64,000 nt of DNA from Hydrolagus colliei. Lineage: Eukaryota. The stretch covers positions 143,592,001 to 143,656,000 of the forward strand of contig CM068742.1 of the NCBI GenBank assembly GCA_035084275.1, in the 5' to 3' direction. A program made the translations under genes and the position numbers. Positions within the stretch are counted from its first letter, which is position 1. Each line of letters begins with the position of its first letter. The notes under the pieces were generated by a model. It did not search any database and was not told the origin of the DNA. It saw only the letters and a list, made by a program, of their open reading frames with translations. Below, piece by piece: positions 26,751 to 38,697 of the stretch.

Positions 26751-27050
26751 CAGCATGGCTCAGTTGATAAGTACGCTCTTCTCTGAGTTAGAAGGTTGTG
26801 AGTTCAAGTCAAGACTTGGAACTCATACTGACAATGCTGACACTAGTGCAGTGCTGGGGATGTACTATAGGTGCTGTCCTTTGACTGAGATGTTTAAAGA
26901 TACAGGAGTTTTTCAAGCTTTCCTAGCCAAACAAATATAATTAGTCATTCACTTCATAGGACATCATTATGTGCAAATTGGCTATCAACCCAGTTTCTAA
27001 TATATCCTGGAAAGAACTTTATGAGACTTCCTTCCAATTATTATTATGTG
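26751..27050 (+). mobile_element. decayed Deu-SINE family B
   Basis: ATGGCTCAGTTGATAAGTACGCTCTTCTCTGAGTTAGAAGGTTGTGAGTTCAAGTC head. Confidence 0.7.
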
Positions 27051-27396
27051 CATCATATTTACTCCTCCAAGTTTATGACCAGCTCAAGTTTGTGACTACA
27101 AATGCTACTTGTGCAATTTCTCCTGACAGGAACATAAAATGCTTCGATTGTTTCCTCTAATTAAAATAAAAGCTGTTGTATAGCTCATTTACTGAGTGCT
27201 TCACCTTACTTACAACTTGTCCCACTTGTTCGACAGACAAACTGAATCGCCTTTCTGTCACGCAATCCTATAATCCTTGGAAGAATTCACTGTCTTTCAA
27301 GTCCTTGAGGCACCACCTCAATTTCAAGATAGTATCCCTTACTCATCCATCAACACACCTTTCCTAGCTATGTGAAGAAACAGGATTCCCCTGACA

Positions 27397-27445
27397 TTCA
27401 TTGCATTCATTTCCACAGAGTCATTGCATTCATTTCCACAGAGTC
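27397..27445. repeat. 24-bp tandem duplication
   Basis: TCATTGCATTCATTTCCACAGAG occurs twice in tandem. Confidence 0.85.
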
Positions 27446-29146
27446 AAGCACCACAAAGGCAATCAATATACATTACCCAATTCAAAAACAATGTCACCAA
27501 ACCTCATGGAGTGGGGCTGGGAATTTTCTGCAGTTTTGACTTTCATTCTCTCCCCCCAATGAGAAGAGTGCATTGACTGAGTTATTCGACGGTAAACAAA
27601 CTATTTCTGGATGAAAGAGGTACACATGGATGCTGAAACTCTGACGTGCTGCTCAGAGCTATGTGCAAGAACTGGGAGTAACAATGCCCTGCTGCCAAAA
27701 ATATCTATCAAAACAGCCTGTTATAAATGCATTCTGGCATTTGGTGGCTATCCAAATGAAGCAGCAATGACTAACACAACTGTGGAACAGCAAGTCAAGG
27801 TAAAGCACTCAGCAAATATATTGTGGTTAACAAGTGCTATCAGTACAATTATCACAATACAATGCATAACATTTCTGATTTATATCCAAGTGTCAGAATG
27901 ACATGTTAACGGATCACATGACTACTGTATTTTTTGAGGCCTATTTAATTTAGTTGGATTCATGCTCCGATGATTCTGTATGAAATTAAATGGGTCAAAA
28001 TATTTTATCTTTAATGAACCGGGCGGGAGAGGTGCAATCATGTGGGGTGGTGCAAAATACAAGGGGATGCAAATCAGGAGTCGGACCCACAGTGAAGAGA
28101 ATAAGATGAAGAAATTGTGGTATTTAATCCTGTGGTTTTTAATCTGTTGCAAAATATGGATCTGCTTAATATGAATGCAGAAAATCCTCACTACACTCCA
28201 TTGCAATAATAATAATAACAACAATAATACTAAGAGTCTTAAAGCTTTTCACAGGAATTATTATAAAGTGCAGTGACTGTGTGTTTTGTGGGCGTAGGAT
28301 TGAAGACAGCTTCAACACAAACTCTTAGTGGCCATCAATTAACTTTTGACCTAAGGCGTATATACATGAGAGTGTGAGGTTTGGAGAATAAAAGCGGTGC
28401 CTTTCTTTTGAGATAGTTAACCAAAAAAACCAAATGCTTTTAAGTAAACATTCTATGCAACTGTTGATATGTATCCTAAAATGTCAAAACTTCTGAAAGA
28501 TCCATGAAGGCACACTAAGTTTGTTGGTTTGGGGGACGATTCCTAGCTGTTAAAACGCTAGCTAGGAGCTAAACCAAGAATCAACATTCAATCCGGTGAC
28601 ACAAATGTGCAGAGAGCCTGTGTGTCTCTGAAGATTCTGCCGTCTTGACTAACCAGGAACAGCTGTTCTTTTCTGGTGATCAAATTACCACTAACAAAAC
28701 AAGACAGCATGCTCTTTGAAGAGCTCACAGCATAAACGCTCTCCCAATACTAGAGAGACTTGTGCCGATAAGCATAACTGAATACAATAGGTGCTGCGCT
28801 GCAGAAACCAAATGACAGGATTAGCGTTTTTCCTTTGGATTATATAGTACTTTACTCATTCACACTCTGTGGTTAAGATTCCATTTTTTTTACTGACTGG
28901 AAGATTAAAATTTATTGTTTAGCTCCTTAAGAGAATTCTAAATGCATTTAGAATTAATTAAGATGCCCAATTGTTACAGCCTCTACATGTTTTTTGTTTC
29001 CCTCTTTTTTTTAAACTTATTGTGTCTAATTAATTTTCTAATTGGACCCTCTAATAGAGTGCTGGGCGAGTGCCACATAGTCAGAGGTACCTGTCCTTCA
29101 GATGAGATGTTAAACCATGATCCCCACTGCCCATTTAGGTGGATGC

Positions 29147-29514
29147 TTTTTCCCCTAATCCCACTTCCATGACTGTTTGTGGGACACTGCTATGCGCAAT
29201 TTGGCTGCCGCATTTCGCCCATAAATATACAGTCGGCTTTCCTGCTTTCCTTTCCCCTACCCCGACCCCTCCCCTTGCCATCTTTTCCCCCTTTTTCCTC
29301 TAATTCCACTTCTATGGCTGTTTGTGGGACATGGCTGTGCGCAATTTGGCTGGCGCGTTTCGCCCACAAATATACAGTCAATTTTCCTACTCTTCTTCAT
29401 CCTGCCCCGACCCTTCCCACCCTGCTCTTGTCCCTACCTAACTGTACAACGCCTTGGGACGTCCTCTCGACGTGAAAGGTGCTATATAAATGTAAGTTTT
29501 TGTTGATTGATTGA
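29147..29514 (+). mobile_element. composite family C retroposon with two tandem ~148-bp Deu-block units and L2 tail
   Basis: Deu block at ~29175-29234 and ~29320-29380; tail GCCTTGGGACGTCCTCTCGACGTGAAAGGTGCT...(GATT)n; sits inside a family-B SINE (GGTGGATG|...|ATAAAGATTCC). Confidence 0.75.
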
Positions 29515-29673
29515 CGATAAAGATTCCGTGGAACTATTCCTAAAAGAGAAAGAAGCTTTTTCCCAATGGCCTGGCAAACAATCCCCAGATTAAATTGTTC
29601 AATCGCTTAATGGCTATTTGTTGGGATGCTACTGGGTGCAAATTGGCCACAAGAGTGCCAGCAGAAACAACTA

Positions 29674-30063
29674 CAGTAAAAGCTTTGTTATCCGGCACCC
29701 TTGGGACCTGCCCAAATATGCCAGATATTTGAGCGGTAAGTTGCCGAAAATCCTACACAAACATTTTACTTATTTTAAAACATACCATATTAATAATAGA
29801 CTAAATTATAACAGAATATTGTATGGATACTTACCAATAAAGCATTCCAGCACACTCGGTAAAATGATCGGTAAAATAAAAATTCCAATGTTCAGTAAGT
29901 TTAATAAGTGCGCATGCGCACACATGCGCAAAGTGAGTATACCGGGAATGTGCCAGGTGGCTCCGCTATGAGATCCGGTTGCTGGAATGGTGAATTGTAT
30001 TAGGAGATACCAGTTGGTTGAGCGTTCCGGTCGGTTGGGTGCCGGATAACCAAGCTTTTACTG
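29674..30063. mobile_element. Tc1/mariner-superfamily (pogo/Tigger-like) MITE, 390 bp
   Basis: 27-bp TIRs CAGTAAAAGCTTTGTTATCCGGCACCC / GGGTGCCGGATAACCAAGCTTTTACTG (1 mismatch), TA on both sides. Confidence 0.92.
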
Positions 30064-31154
30064 TACTAACTAACTCTACAGGACATCCTGTGAAACATGC
30101 TGTGATTAGATAAGGTGCTACATCACATGCAAGAATTATCCACTCAATCCACGACTGTCTCTGGGTCACTGCTGTGTGCCGAGTTTCGCCCACAAAATAT
30201 ATTCAGTATATTCTGCGAAGCACATTGAGGCATCTTGAAGATGTAATAAGGTGCTATATCGAATGCAAGGTTTATTATTGTTATTATTGCGTTGCCAAAT
30301 TGTCCATTTTTTACTGAGTCATTCATTCAGGCTCTGTCTATCTTAAAATTCAAATGGACATTTTAGGGACCCTTTTCCCCAGCGCTATTTAAAAAAAATT
30401 AAACTAAAGACTGATTTCAATTTATAGTTGATACTCTTGATGATTGCAAAGCTATTGTGTTTGAATACAGTGATACCCAGTACATCATAAGGGGCAGATC
30501 ATCAGCTTTGAGTGAATGCCAGATTGAGAAATACAGGTTGACAACAACACCGAAGCTCTTATCTAATTCCAAACTACGTTTCCTACAGGTCAAATAAGAT
30601 GATTTTCCGCCAGGTCAAATACTTGGGTTGTATTTTGGTGATTTGCAGAAAATGATGGAGAAGACAATATGGCAAGAAATCTAACTGTACCGTAACTTTT
30701 ACAAAGTTCTCACATGTACATAAAGTTTCTCAAAGATACCTTTGAATTTGTCTCATTTTTCGCTGTATAGTTGTTTTATTCCTCCGCTGTGAAGCATAAT
30801 GTCATTTAATCCAAAACACAATGTAGATTTACTCAGTCCTTTTATTCCAAGTACATAAATCAACCTCTTTCAAAATCTGCAAGTCACTCTTCCCAGAATC
30901 CTTTTATACTTTATCCTTTTATGCATCATCCATATTCAATTATTACTTATGTACTTACAGCAATATGCAGCATGAAGTGTGTGGCTGTACAATCTATTGA
31001 AGGGCACTGGTCAACTTTATACTTTTGGAAACCAAACCTGGTAAAACATTTCAAAACTCATGGATGAAAACTTGTTGGTTGACTTAATGGGCCGAATTAA
31101 CCTCATGTTCCTACATTGATGCATCAGTCAGCACTAGAACTAAGATTATCAACC

Positions 31155-31488
31155 TATCCACTCCCTCCGCTTAGCAGGCTCCGGCCTGCTCCACGTCTCC
31201 CATCTGGCCCACCCCACCATCGGCAACCAGGCCTTCAACCTCTCTGCCCCACTCTCAGAACTCTATCCCACAGTTTCTTTGCCTTGCTCCCTTCCTTGCC
31301 TCCTTCAAGGCACATCTCAAGACCTTCTCTGACCATGACATCTGTCACACTTCTATTCCTACTCTCCCTGTCCTCCAACCTTCCTGATCTCAACTCCCTG
31401 CTCGGGTTGAAATCCTTAACTCTCCAGCACAATGGGACCTGCTCCCGACATGAAATGTGCTACACAAATATAATTTGTTATTGTTGTT
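31155..31488 (+). mobile_element. L2 LINE 3' fragment
   Basis: CCCCACCATCGGCAACCAGGCCTTC, CCTTCAAGGCACATCTCAAGACC, tail with (TTG)n. Confidence 0.85.
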
Positions 31489-32539
31489 AGCAAGTCCACC
31501 AAATGGCAACAGGACAGTTCTCCATCCGGAATGGTGACAATTAGACACAAAGCAGCTAGAATAGACCCTTCAGAGCATTGAGTCTGTTGTGCCATTTTAT
31601 CATGGATCTTTTAATCCATTCCTACACCTTTTCTCCATATCCATCTGTGCCTTGCTGTGTCCATCAAATCTGTGTGTCCATCTGTCTGTCTCCATTTTAA
31701 ATATTCCAATTGTTTATAATGAAGAAAAAAATCTCTAACCTCTAATTTTAAGATTGCTCCCTTGTTGCGGTTCCCACAGAGTAAAGATTTGTTAATGTAT
31801 TTTAATAGTTTTATGAGTTAGTTTGAAACTATTATTATTAAGCCCTTAGTTTTATTTGTATTAAAATCATGTTAAATTCAGAGAGTAATCAAAAGAACAG
31901 CTGGGAATTAGAATTGGTGGCATATGGGTGCATTTGATGCCAGAAAACAATAGCCATTTTCAAAGATTACATTCTGTAAATTTGCATAATGTTGGTTTTG
32001 TTTTGTGAATGAATTACTGCAAATATAACACTTTGATGAATTGGACTAAATGCAAAGTGGATTGACTATTCTATGCACTAATTGATTATTGGAAGGTAAG
32101 CAGCTTAAAGAAATGCTGAAAGGAGGGCAGATTCATGCACACAAGTTACTCACTGTTACTCTGAAGTACAGGCAAAATAAAAATACTGGTATTATGTATC
32201 TTTGACATGCCATAACCAAGCTGTGTTTTGTTGTAAGTAGTACTCCCAAAGGAAATGCAAAAGAAGAGATTCACTAGACGAAGTCAAGTATAACTGAGTG
32301 TTTCCCTGAGGGGAATAAAGTGTACTTGAAATACTATCTATAGCTGCCCTATTACTCTGCATGTTGTTTGTGTTATGTATGGGAAACTGCCAGTGTTTAA
32401 ATATTTACTGTTTTCCTGGGTGATATCCTTTTCCTTATCGCTTTTAGAATATCTTCGTTCTTCATAACAACGTTTACAATATTTACCAACTGCATTTCAT
32501 AATATACACGTAAACACAAACCTCTATTCAGCAACATTA

Positions 32540-33100
32540 GACTTTCAATATCAGTTGTTAGCGCTCTCACCTCTAGGGCAGAAGGTTGTCTCACATTGGG
32601 CTGACATTCCAATGCAATACTGGGGAGCTCACCATGTTACCTCATGGTGCCATGTCACAGATAAGTTATGGTGTCTCCCTGTTTAAATGGACGTTAAAGA
32701 TCTCATGACAATGTTCGAAAAATGAGAGTTTCTCTCATGTCAGAAGGTCAGAAATCCTCCGATAAATTGGTCAGTCATCTCATTGCTATTTGTGAGACAG
32801 TTTGTATATAAAATGGACACCACATTTGCTTCAAATAATGATAATAGTCCTTGTATTTGATAATAATCCTTGTATTTGATATAGCATCTCGTAAACTCTG
32901 GAACACTCTTCCTCAATCCCTTTGCCTTGCCCCCTTGATCCCCCTTTTCAAATCCTGCCTGAAAAACTTCCTCTTCGACCGTGCTACTGGCAGCCCCATT
33001 ACCTCCCACTGCCCCCACAGCTTGGAGACCAGCTCCATCAGTGTTAATAGTTCTGAGACGCTACCCAGCGTGGAAGGTGCTATATAAGTGCAAGTTGTTG
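32540..33100 (+). mobile_element. decayed family-B SINE (~32540-32850) followed by L2 3' fragment (~32890-33100)
   Basis: GGACGTTAAAGATCTCATG core; KLWNTLPQSLCLAPLIPLFKSCLKNFLF; tail ACGCTACCCAGCGT. Confidence 0.75.
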
Positions 33101-34415
33101 CTGAATTTCTCAAAATGCTTTTCTTGTGTAGAGTACAGTGACTGTGTATTTGTAGGCAAACTTACAGTTCTCTGCTTTTTTTGTTGAGATATTTGAATGC
33201 ATACAAAATGCAAGTTCGTCTTCTTAATAATAATATCAATGACTCTTTCATTTTAAGTGTTTAATCATGTTTAAGCAGTTCAATTAAATTACTGAACCAA
33301 AGCTTCTCTCAACAGAAATTCCAATGATAATGTTAGATTTAACTTCATATAAAACCTGATGATAACAACAAGTATAATAATCCTTGCATTTGATATGGTG
33401 CCTTATCATGTGGTCCAGACATCTCAAAGCGCTTCAAAACACCATATTCTAACACCAATGAGTAGGCACAATATAATAATAATATTATAATAATCAGTGC
33501 ATTTAATATGACACCTTATGACATCATCGAGGCCTCTGAAAGGTTAATAATTAACCTAATCAATCTAGTAAACTAACATAATTTGCTTTGCAAAGGTGTG
33601 AACTCTGATCTATGGTTCAGGCATAGGAAACAGCCAAACGTATAAATTCTCCAAACATTTAGAGACATATTTGCGACCAGTTGTTAATGGGTGTGACAAA
33701 ACTATAGATAATAACATCTTTGTAAATATGGGTGTTTAAGTCATCATTCCTTATATATTAAATGTATATTCCTTTTCTTCCCTTAAGGTGAGTTTCTACT
33801 TGTACCAAAATTGTCCACAATCATTCAAAGTATAGGATTTCAATATAACCAGAACAATACTTACAAAACAATAAATGCCTGAGGAGACATCAAACTGAGC
33901 TTTTGGCATATGGCTATGAACACGATGATTCAGACTTTGTGAGTTTTTGGAAGAAGCCAGCTATCATGCTGAGGGCCATGGGTGATGTAGCCATCCATTG
34001 CTAGGGGTCAGCCTAAAACAGATCCTTTCTTTCACTAACAGGTGAAGTATCAAACTGATCTTTCAGGCTCTGAGCAATCACACTTCAGTCACTATAGAAG
34101 CACTAATGATAACTGATATGAAGAAAGATGGACCTTTGCCTTTTGTCATCTAAAATTTCTTATGAGCTTATAAATAAAATGATGGGATATTGTACATTTG
34201 GGATATACGTGCATGTGCCTGCACCTGCCAGTAAGGTGGAAGGTGAACTATATACACCTTGGTATTTTTTTGTCTAGCATTTCTTATGTTTTTAAGACCT
34301 AACTTTATCTGAGAGATTGTTGGCTAGGAGACTGCACCCTTCAACCGAGTCAAATCTTCCCAACTGAAACTTCCCATGCAAACATCAGTTCACTTTACCA
34401 TTCACTTTACACATC

Positions 34416-34560
34416 ATCATCAATTCACTTTACAGTAGATTCTGTGAAGTGCTTTTGAGATGTCATCAATTCACTTTACAGTATATTCCGTGAAGCACTT
34501 TGAGATGTTCGGAAAATATGAAAAGCGTAATATCAAATGCAAGGATGATGATTATTATTA
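34416..34560 (+). mobile_element. SINE family A tail with internal ~47-bp tandem duplication
   Basis: CATCAATTCACTTTACAGTA(G/T)ATTC(T/C)GTGAAG...TTTGAGATGT repeated twice. Confidence 0.8.
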
Positions 34561-36009
34561 TCAGATGTCCAAACAAAATATCAGAGAACACCTTCCCTAA
34601 TGGCCTTTACTGTAACATCATGGAATGGTAAGAAGACAAAAGAAGCTGCATGACATGGTTACTTAACATGACATGCTTGTGTGTTCTTATTACCATAAAT
34701 TATACATGACTCCTTCCTATCCCATTACATATCCTTCTAACATTGTGAAGCCATTGTCTGTATATGCATAAAGTAAGCCTGGCCCCTTTGTTCACTTTAA
34801 TTGAGTGAATACAAACACCAATAGAAGTCAATTACCACAACACGTCAATCCAGCGCATGATCTAGACCAGTGGTTCTCAAAGAAATTGTTTTGGTGGCTT
34901 CAGTTATTGGTGGCTGCAGTGCTATTTTTCGTAATCTACTTGACTTCCTCCCTTCTCAACACAGCTGGGGAGGGACAGAGAGGGAGGAGGAGAGCATGCA
35001 CATGCCTGACCGGCCATCTATTCACTCTCACAGTACTCCCTGGGAGCGATAAACCAAACACAGTCCAGCGGTGGCCTTCAACATGTGCTCAAACTACAAG
35101 CACAGGCATGCATTGCGTTCCACACACGCACACATACTCTCCCTCTTCCCTGGAGTGGCTACAGTGGCCACACTATGTGCCAATTTGCATATAGCAATAT
35201 CCCCACAAATGTCCATGAAGTGAATGACCAATTTTATCTGGGGGATTGTTGGCCAGGTCTGTACACAGACTGTATATCAACCAAGTAAAACTTGCCCAAC
35301 CAAATCCTATCCAAGAGAACAAGGTAAAGAGGAAGGCAACAATAGGATTCAAACACATGAGCTTATGATTGTTGAAACTTTAAAGTCTCAATATCCTACC
35401 CCAAATCTATTTAAGAAATAGCTCAATGTTGTAATGGGAAGACGGATGAATTGGTAAGTTAGTATAAGTGTTTTAAATGTAAATTATATTGTGTTGATGG
35501 TCTGGAAAAAATCAAATTGAATGGATCGAAAGGCCTTCTTCAGTCATAATCTTCCTTGTGATACTGACCATACCATCAAAGCTTCTGCATGCCCAAATCA
35601 GGACAGCCTATCACTTCTCAAAATGTTGCACTACATGCAATGTGCTATATTAGGAGAGGGAATAAAATTACCCAGCAGATAAAATGACTTCATATCATCT
35701 GAATGATTGTTGGCGGGTTACTAAACAGCATCAACATGAGGGGGGAGGAGAGGAACGAGTTCCAAAACACAGCTCCAATTACATCAATGAAAATAGAAGA
35801 CCGAAAGGAAGAGCAGGGAAGTATTGAGCGTGAAAGTGTACAGTTCGGGCAGACCAGTCAAGATGAAGAAACACTGATATACTAATCAAATCATTTTATG
35901 GTACACATTAACATTAAGTATTAGTACAGCTTGTGCCATAATATTTGCCAAAATTAATGATGGAAAACCGGAAATAAAACTGAGTGCATGCGTAGTCCTT
36001 TCCTTTCAC

Positions 36010-36315
36010 TGACTCATGTTCCATGTTCCCCACACAGCCCACCCCATCATCGATAGTTGGGCCTTCAGACTTTATGACTTTAGAACTCCATCCCACAGTC
36101 CCTTTGCCTCGCTTCCTCCATTACTTCCTTCAAGGCATGTCTCAGGAACGTCCTCTTTGACCATGTCTTCCATCACCATCCTAGCCCTACCCTCCCTGCC
36201 CACCACTCCTCCTGATCCCAACACCCAATTCAGATTCAAAATCCCTAATGGCCCAGTGCCTTAGGGCATCCTACCAATGTAATAGACGCTACACAAATGT
36301 AATTTGGTTATAGTT
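36010..36315 (+). mobile_element. L2 LINE 3' fragment
   Basis: similar to 31155-31488. Confidence 0.8.
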
Positions 36316-36794
36316 GTTGACTTCTGCTTTCCTTGATAGCTTGGTTAATATTGTTCCACCGGTATCTGTGTGTGTGTTTGTATGTGTGTGTTTCAGGGGT
36401 TTTGGGTGGGTGGGGGCGGCTGTTGTTGGAGGGGAGGAAAAGAGATTTATTTACAGCTCTAACAGAATGTATTCCTGTAATAGTCTAAGCAAAATCTCTA
36501 ATCCTTATTAAGCAAAGCAAATGCTACTGCAATTTACTGGCCAGAAATAGATTTTGCTACATAAAGAAGCTCTACTATGGAGTACTGTTGTATAAGCAAT
36601 GACCCTTTCACTAACACTGCTGTTGTACAGTACCTCACTCCTGCATAGAAAGCCCATTAGTAACTTACTGGGGTACAGTATTTTAACGTGTGTCAGTCTT
36701 CTGCTCTCTTGAAGTATCTGCCACTACGATCACAAGATAAAATACTCAAACCAAACACACTTGCTCACACTCATCATGCAACAATAAAGATCCA

Positions 36795-37290
36795 ACGACA
36801 ACAACAAAATTACATTTGTATAGCTCTTTTTACTCTGGAGGACATGTCTGACAACAAATGTTTCAGACCCAAGCTGGGGATCAGGGAGTATAGTGGTGGG
36901 GTGGGGCGGGGGTGGAGGGGAGAGAGAAAGGAGGCTAACTGAAGACGTGGTCGATGAAGAGGCTCATAAGACTGGTCCTGAAGAAGGCAAGCGAGGGGGC
37001 GCCTGAGGTGGAGGGTTGCAGGATGGAGTACCACAGCATAGTTTCGGAGGGTGGAGGTAGAGTGGCTGAAGCCCCGCCTGCCAATGGTAGCGCAGGTGAG
37101 GAAGGTGAAGCAGGTTGCAGCTTGTTGTGCGGAGGGAGCAGGCAGGTTGGTAGGGGGTTAGGAGGTCGCAGAGGTAGATGGGAGCACGACTATTGAGGGC
37201 TCTGAAAGTGAGGACCAGGATGTTGAACTGTATCATCTGTGTGATGGGAAGCCAGTGGAGTCGGGTGAGGATGGAGGGGATGGGGTTGCT
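36795..37290 (-). mobile_element. L2 LINE 3' fragment
   Basis: PIPSILTRLHWLPITQMIQFNILVLTFRAL...APIYLCDLLTPYQP, the L2 ORF2 C-terminal signature; tail at ~36795. Confidence 0.9.
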
Positions 37291-38332
37291 GTGAGACATC
37301 CTCTCAACATGAAAGGCGTTGTATAAATGTAAACTGTATTGTACTCTAATTCCCTCCTATTTTGTTATAAACCTTAATGTCCTTATGGTAGGAACTGCAT
37401 TTCAAGTTCATCAAATCGGGCAACATTTATGCCATTTGTGGCAATCTCTCTCACCCCACCTCTTGCCCCCCCCACCCACTTCATACAAGAACAACTTATT
37501 TCTGTGGTCTTCTATCCACCACTGGTCTAGCAGAAACAATGTGGTCAATGAAAGCCACTTGAGTTCCGGTCAGCATTCAACAATCAATTCATGCAGTTTG
37601 GTTTCTAAGGTTCTGAGTTGACAGAATGCTTGAAAGCCACACCAACAGCTATAGCACTGGCTTTAGAAAGACATAACTGACAACAGCTTTTCTCAATTGA
37701 TTTGTACCAGTGTCTCGGTGCTTGCTAACATTGTAGTTCATTTGTTTTGACATCAGCCGGGTGTCTAAAAACAAAAACCTACTTCTATCCTGAAGAATAT
37801 CAAAATCAGACAGCAAGTTGTACATATGACACCTAGACATGAAAATGTGCCTGGGGTCTGCAGTGGAATTCACACTCTCTCCCAAGTTGGCAAAGCCAAG
37901 ACTTGGGGACATCAAAGTTGTTGGGATGATTCTAGAATATAACCAGGGAATTACTGGAGTTTGACTAAAACCACACAGCTTGCCATTTAGAGCACAAGTC
38001 TTTCTTTGCTTGTCCAGATAGGACCATCATACCTGCTAGGCAATGTTTCATCCATTCCAGAGATCTCTAAAGAACTCATAACCTGATAGGCTCACTTAAT
38101 AATTAGAAGATGTGAAAAGCACTGCATCAAATGCAAGGATTATTATTTTTATTAATAATAATTGCTCTGCTACATTTTAAGCAAAAACTGAGCCAGATAT
38201 TGATATCAAGCAGATTGTGAAACACTCTTATATTACAGTACCCTCTTTACATTTCACCCACAAAATATACAGTCAATTCACTTTACAGTATATCCTGTGA
38301 AGCGCTTTAAGACGTCTAGAAGATATGATATG

Positions 38333-38697
38333 TGGAGCTCCTGTGGCTCAGTGGTTAGAGCACTTGTCTTGCAAGCTGGGGAGACCTGTGTTCGAATCCA
38401 GGCAGGTCAGGGCGAAACCTTGGGCAAGTTTCCTTACTCCACACGCCTAATAATAATCCCTCCAAAAAAACACAATAATAAAATTGGTCATTTCAATCCA
38501 CGACTGTGTGTGGGACACTGCTGTGTGCAATTGGCTGCCGCGATTCGCCCACAAATATATACAGTCAATTCACTTTACAGTATATTCTGTGAAGCGCTTT
38601 GGGACGTTGATAAGATGTGGAAAGCGCTATATCAAATGCAAGGATTAATTAATTAATTAATGATCAGGCGCTATATCAAACGCAAGGATTATTATTA
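38333..38697 (+). mobile_element. SINE family A (short variant), full length, with duplicated tail end
   Basis: GGAGCTCCTGTGGCTCAGTGGTTAGAGCACTTGTCTTGCAAG...GTTCGAATCC (A/B boxes, tRNA-Ala/Val-like), CCTTGGGCAAGTTTCC, Deu block, AGCGCTTT stem-loop tail. Confidence 0.93.

Noticed and set aside
33865-34012. Minus-strand AG..GT exon-like segment
   Set aside because: All three frames hit stops; at most a non-coding exon and unsupported
34868-34935. hAT-Charlie-like end TCTAGAC|CAGTGGTTCTCAAA
   Set aside because: Only one terminus seen, with no matching TIR or TSD, so no element can be delimited
35703-35885. Protein-like 60-aa ORF (MIVGGLLNSINMRGEERNEF...)
   Set aside because: Purine-rich composition explains the charged residues; no good flanking splice sites and no recognised homology
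38333-38410. tRNA gene (also at 17580-17647, 19840-19912, 61590-61668)
   Set aside because: A and B boxes are present but there is no complete acceptor stem, anticodons vary between copies and each continues into a SINE body
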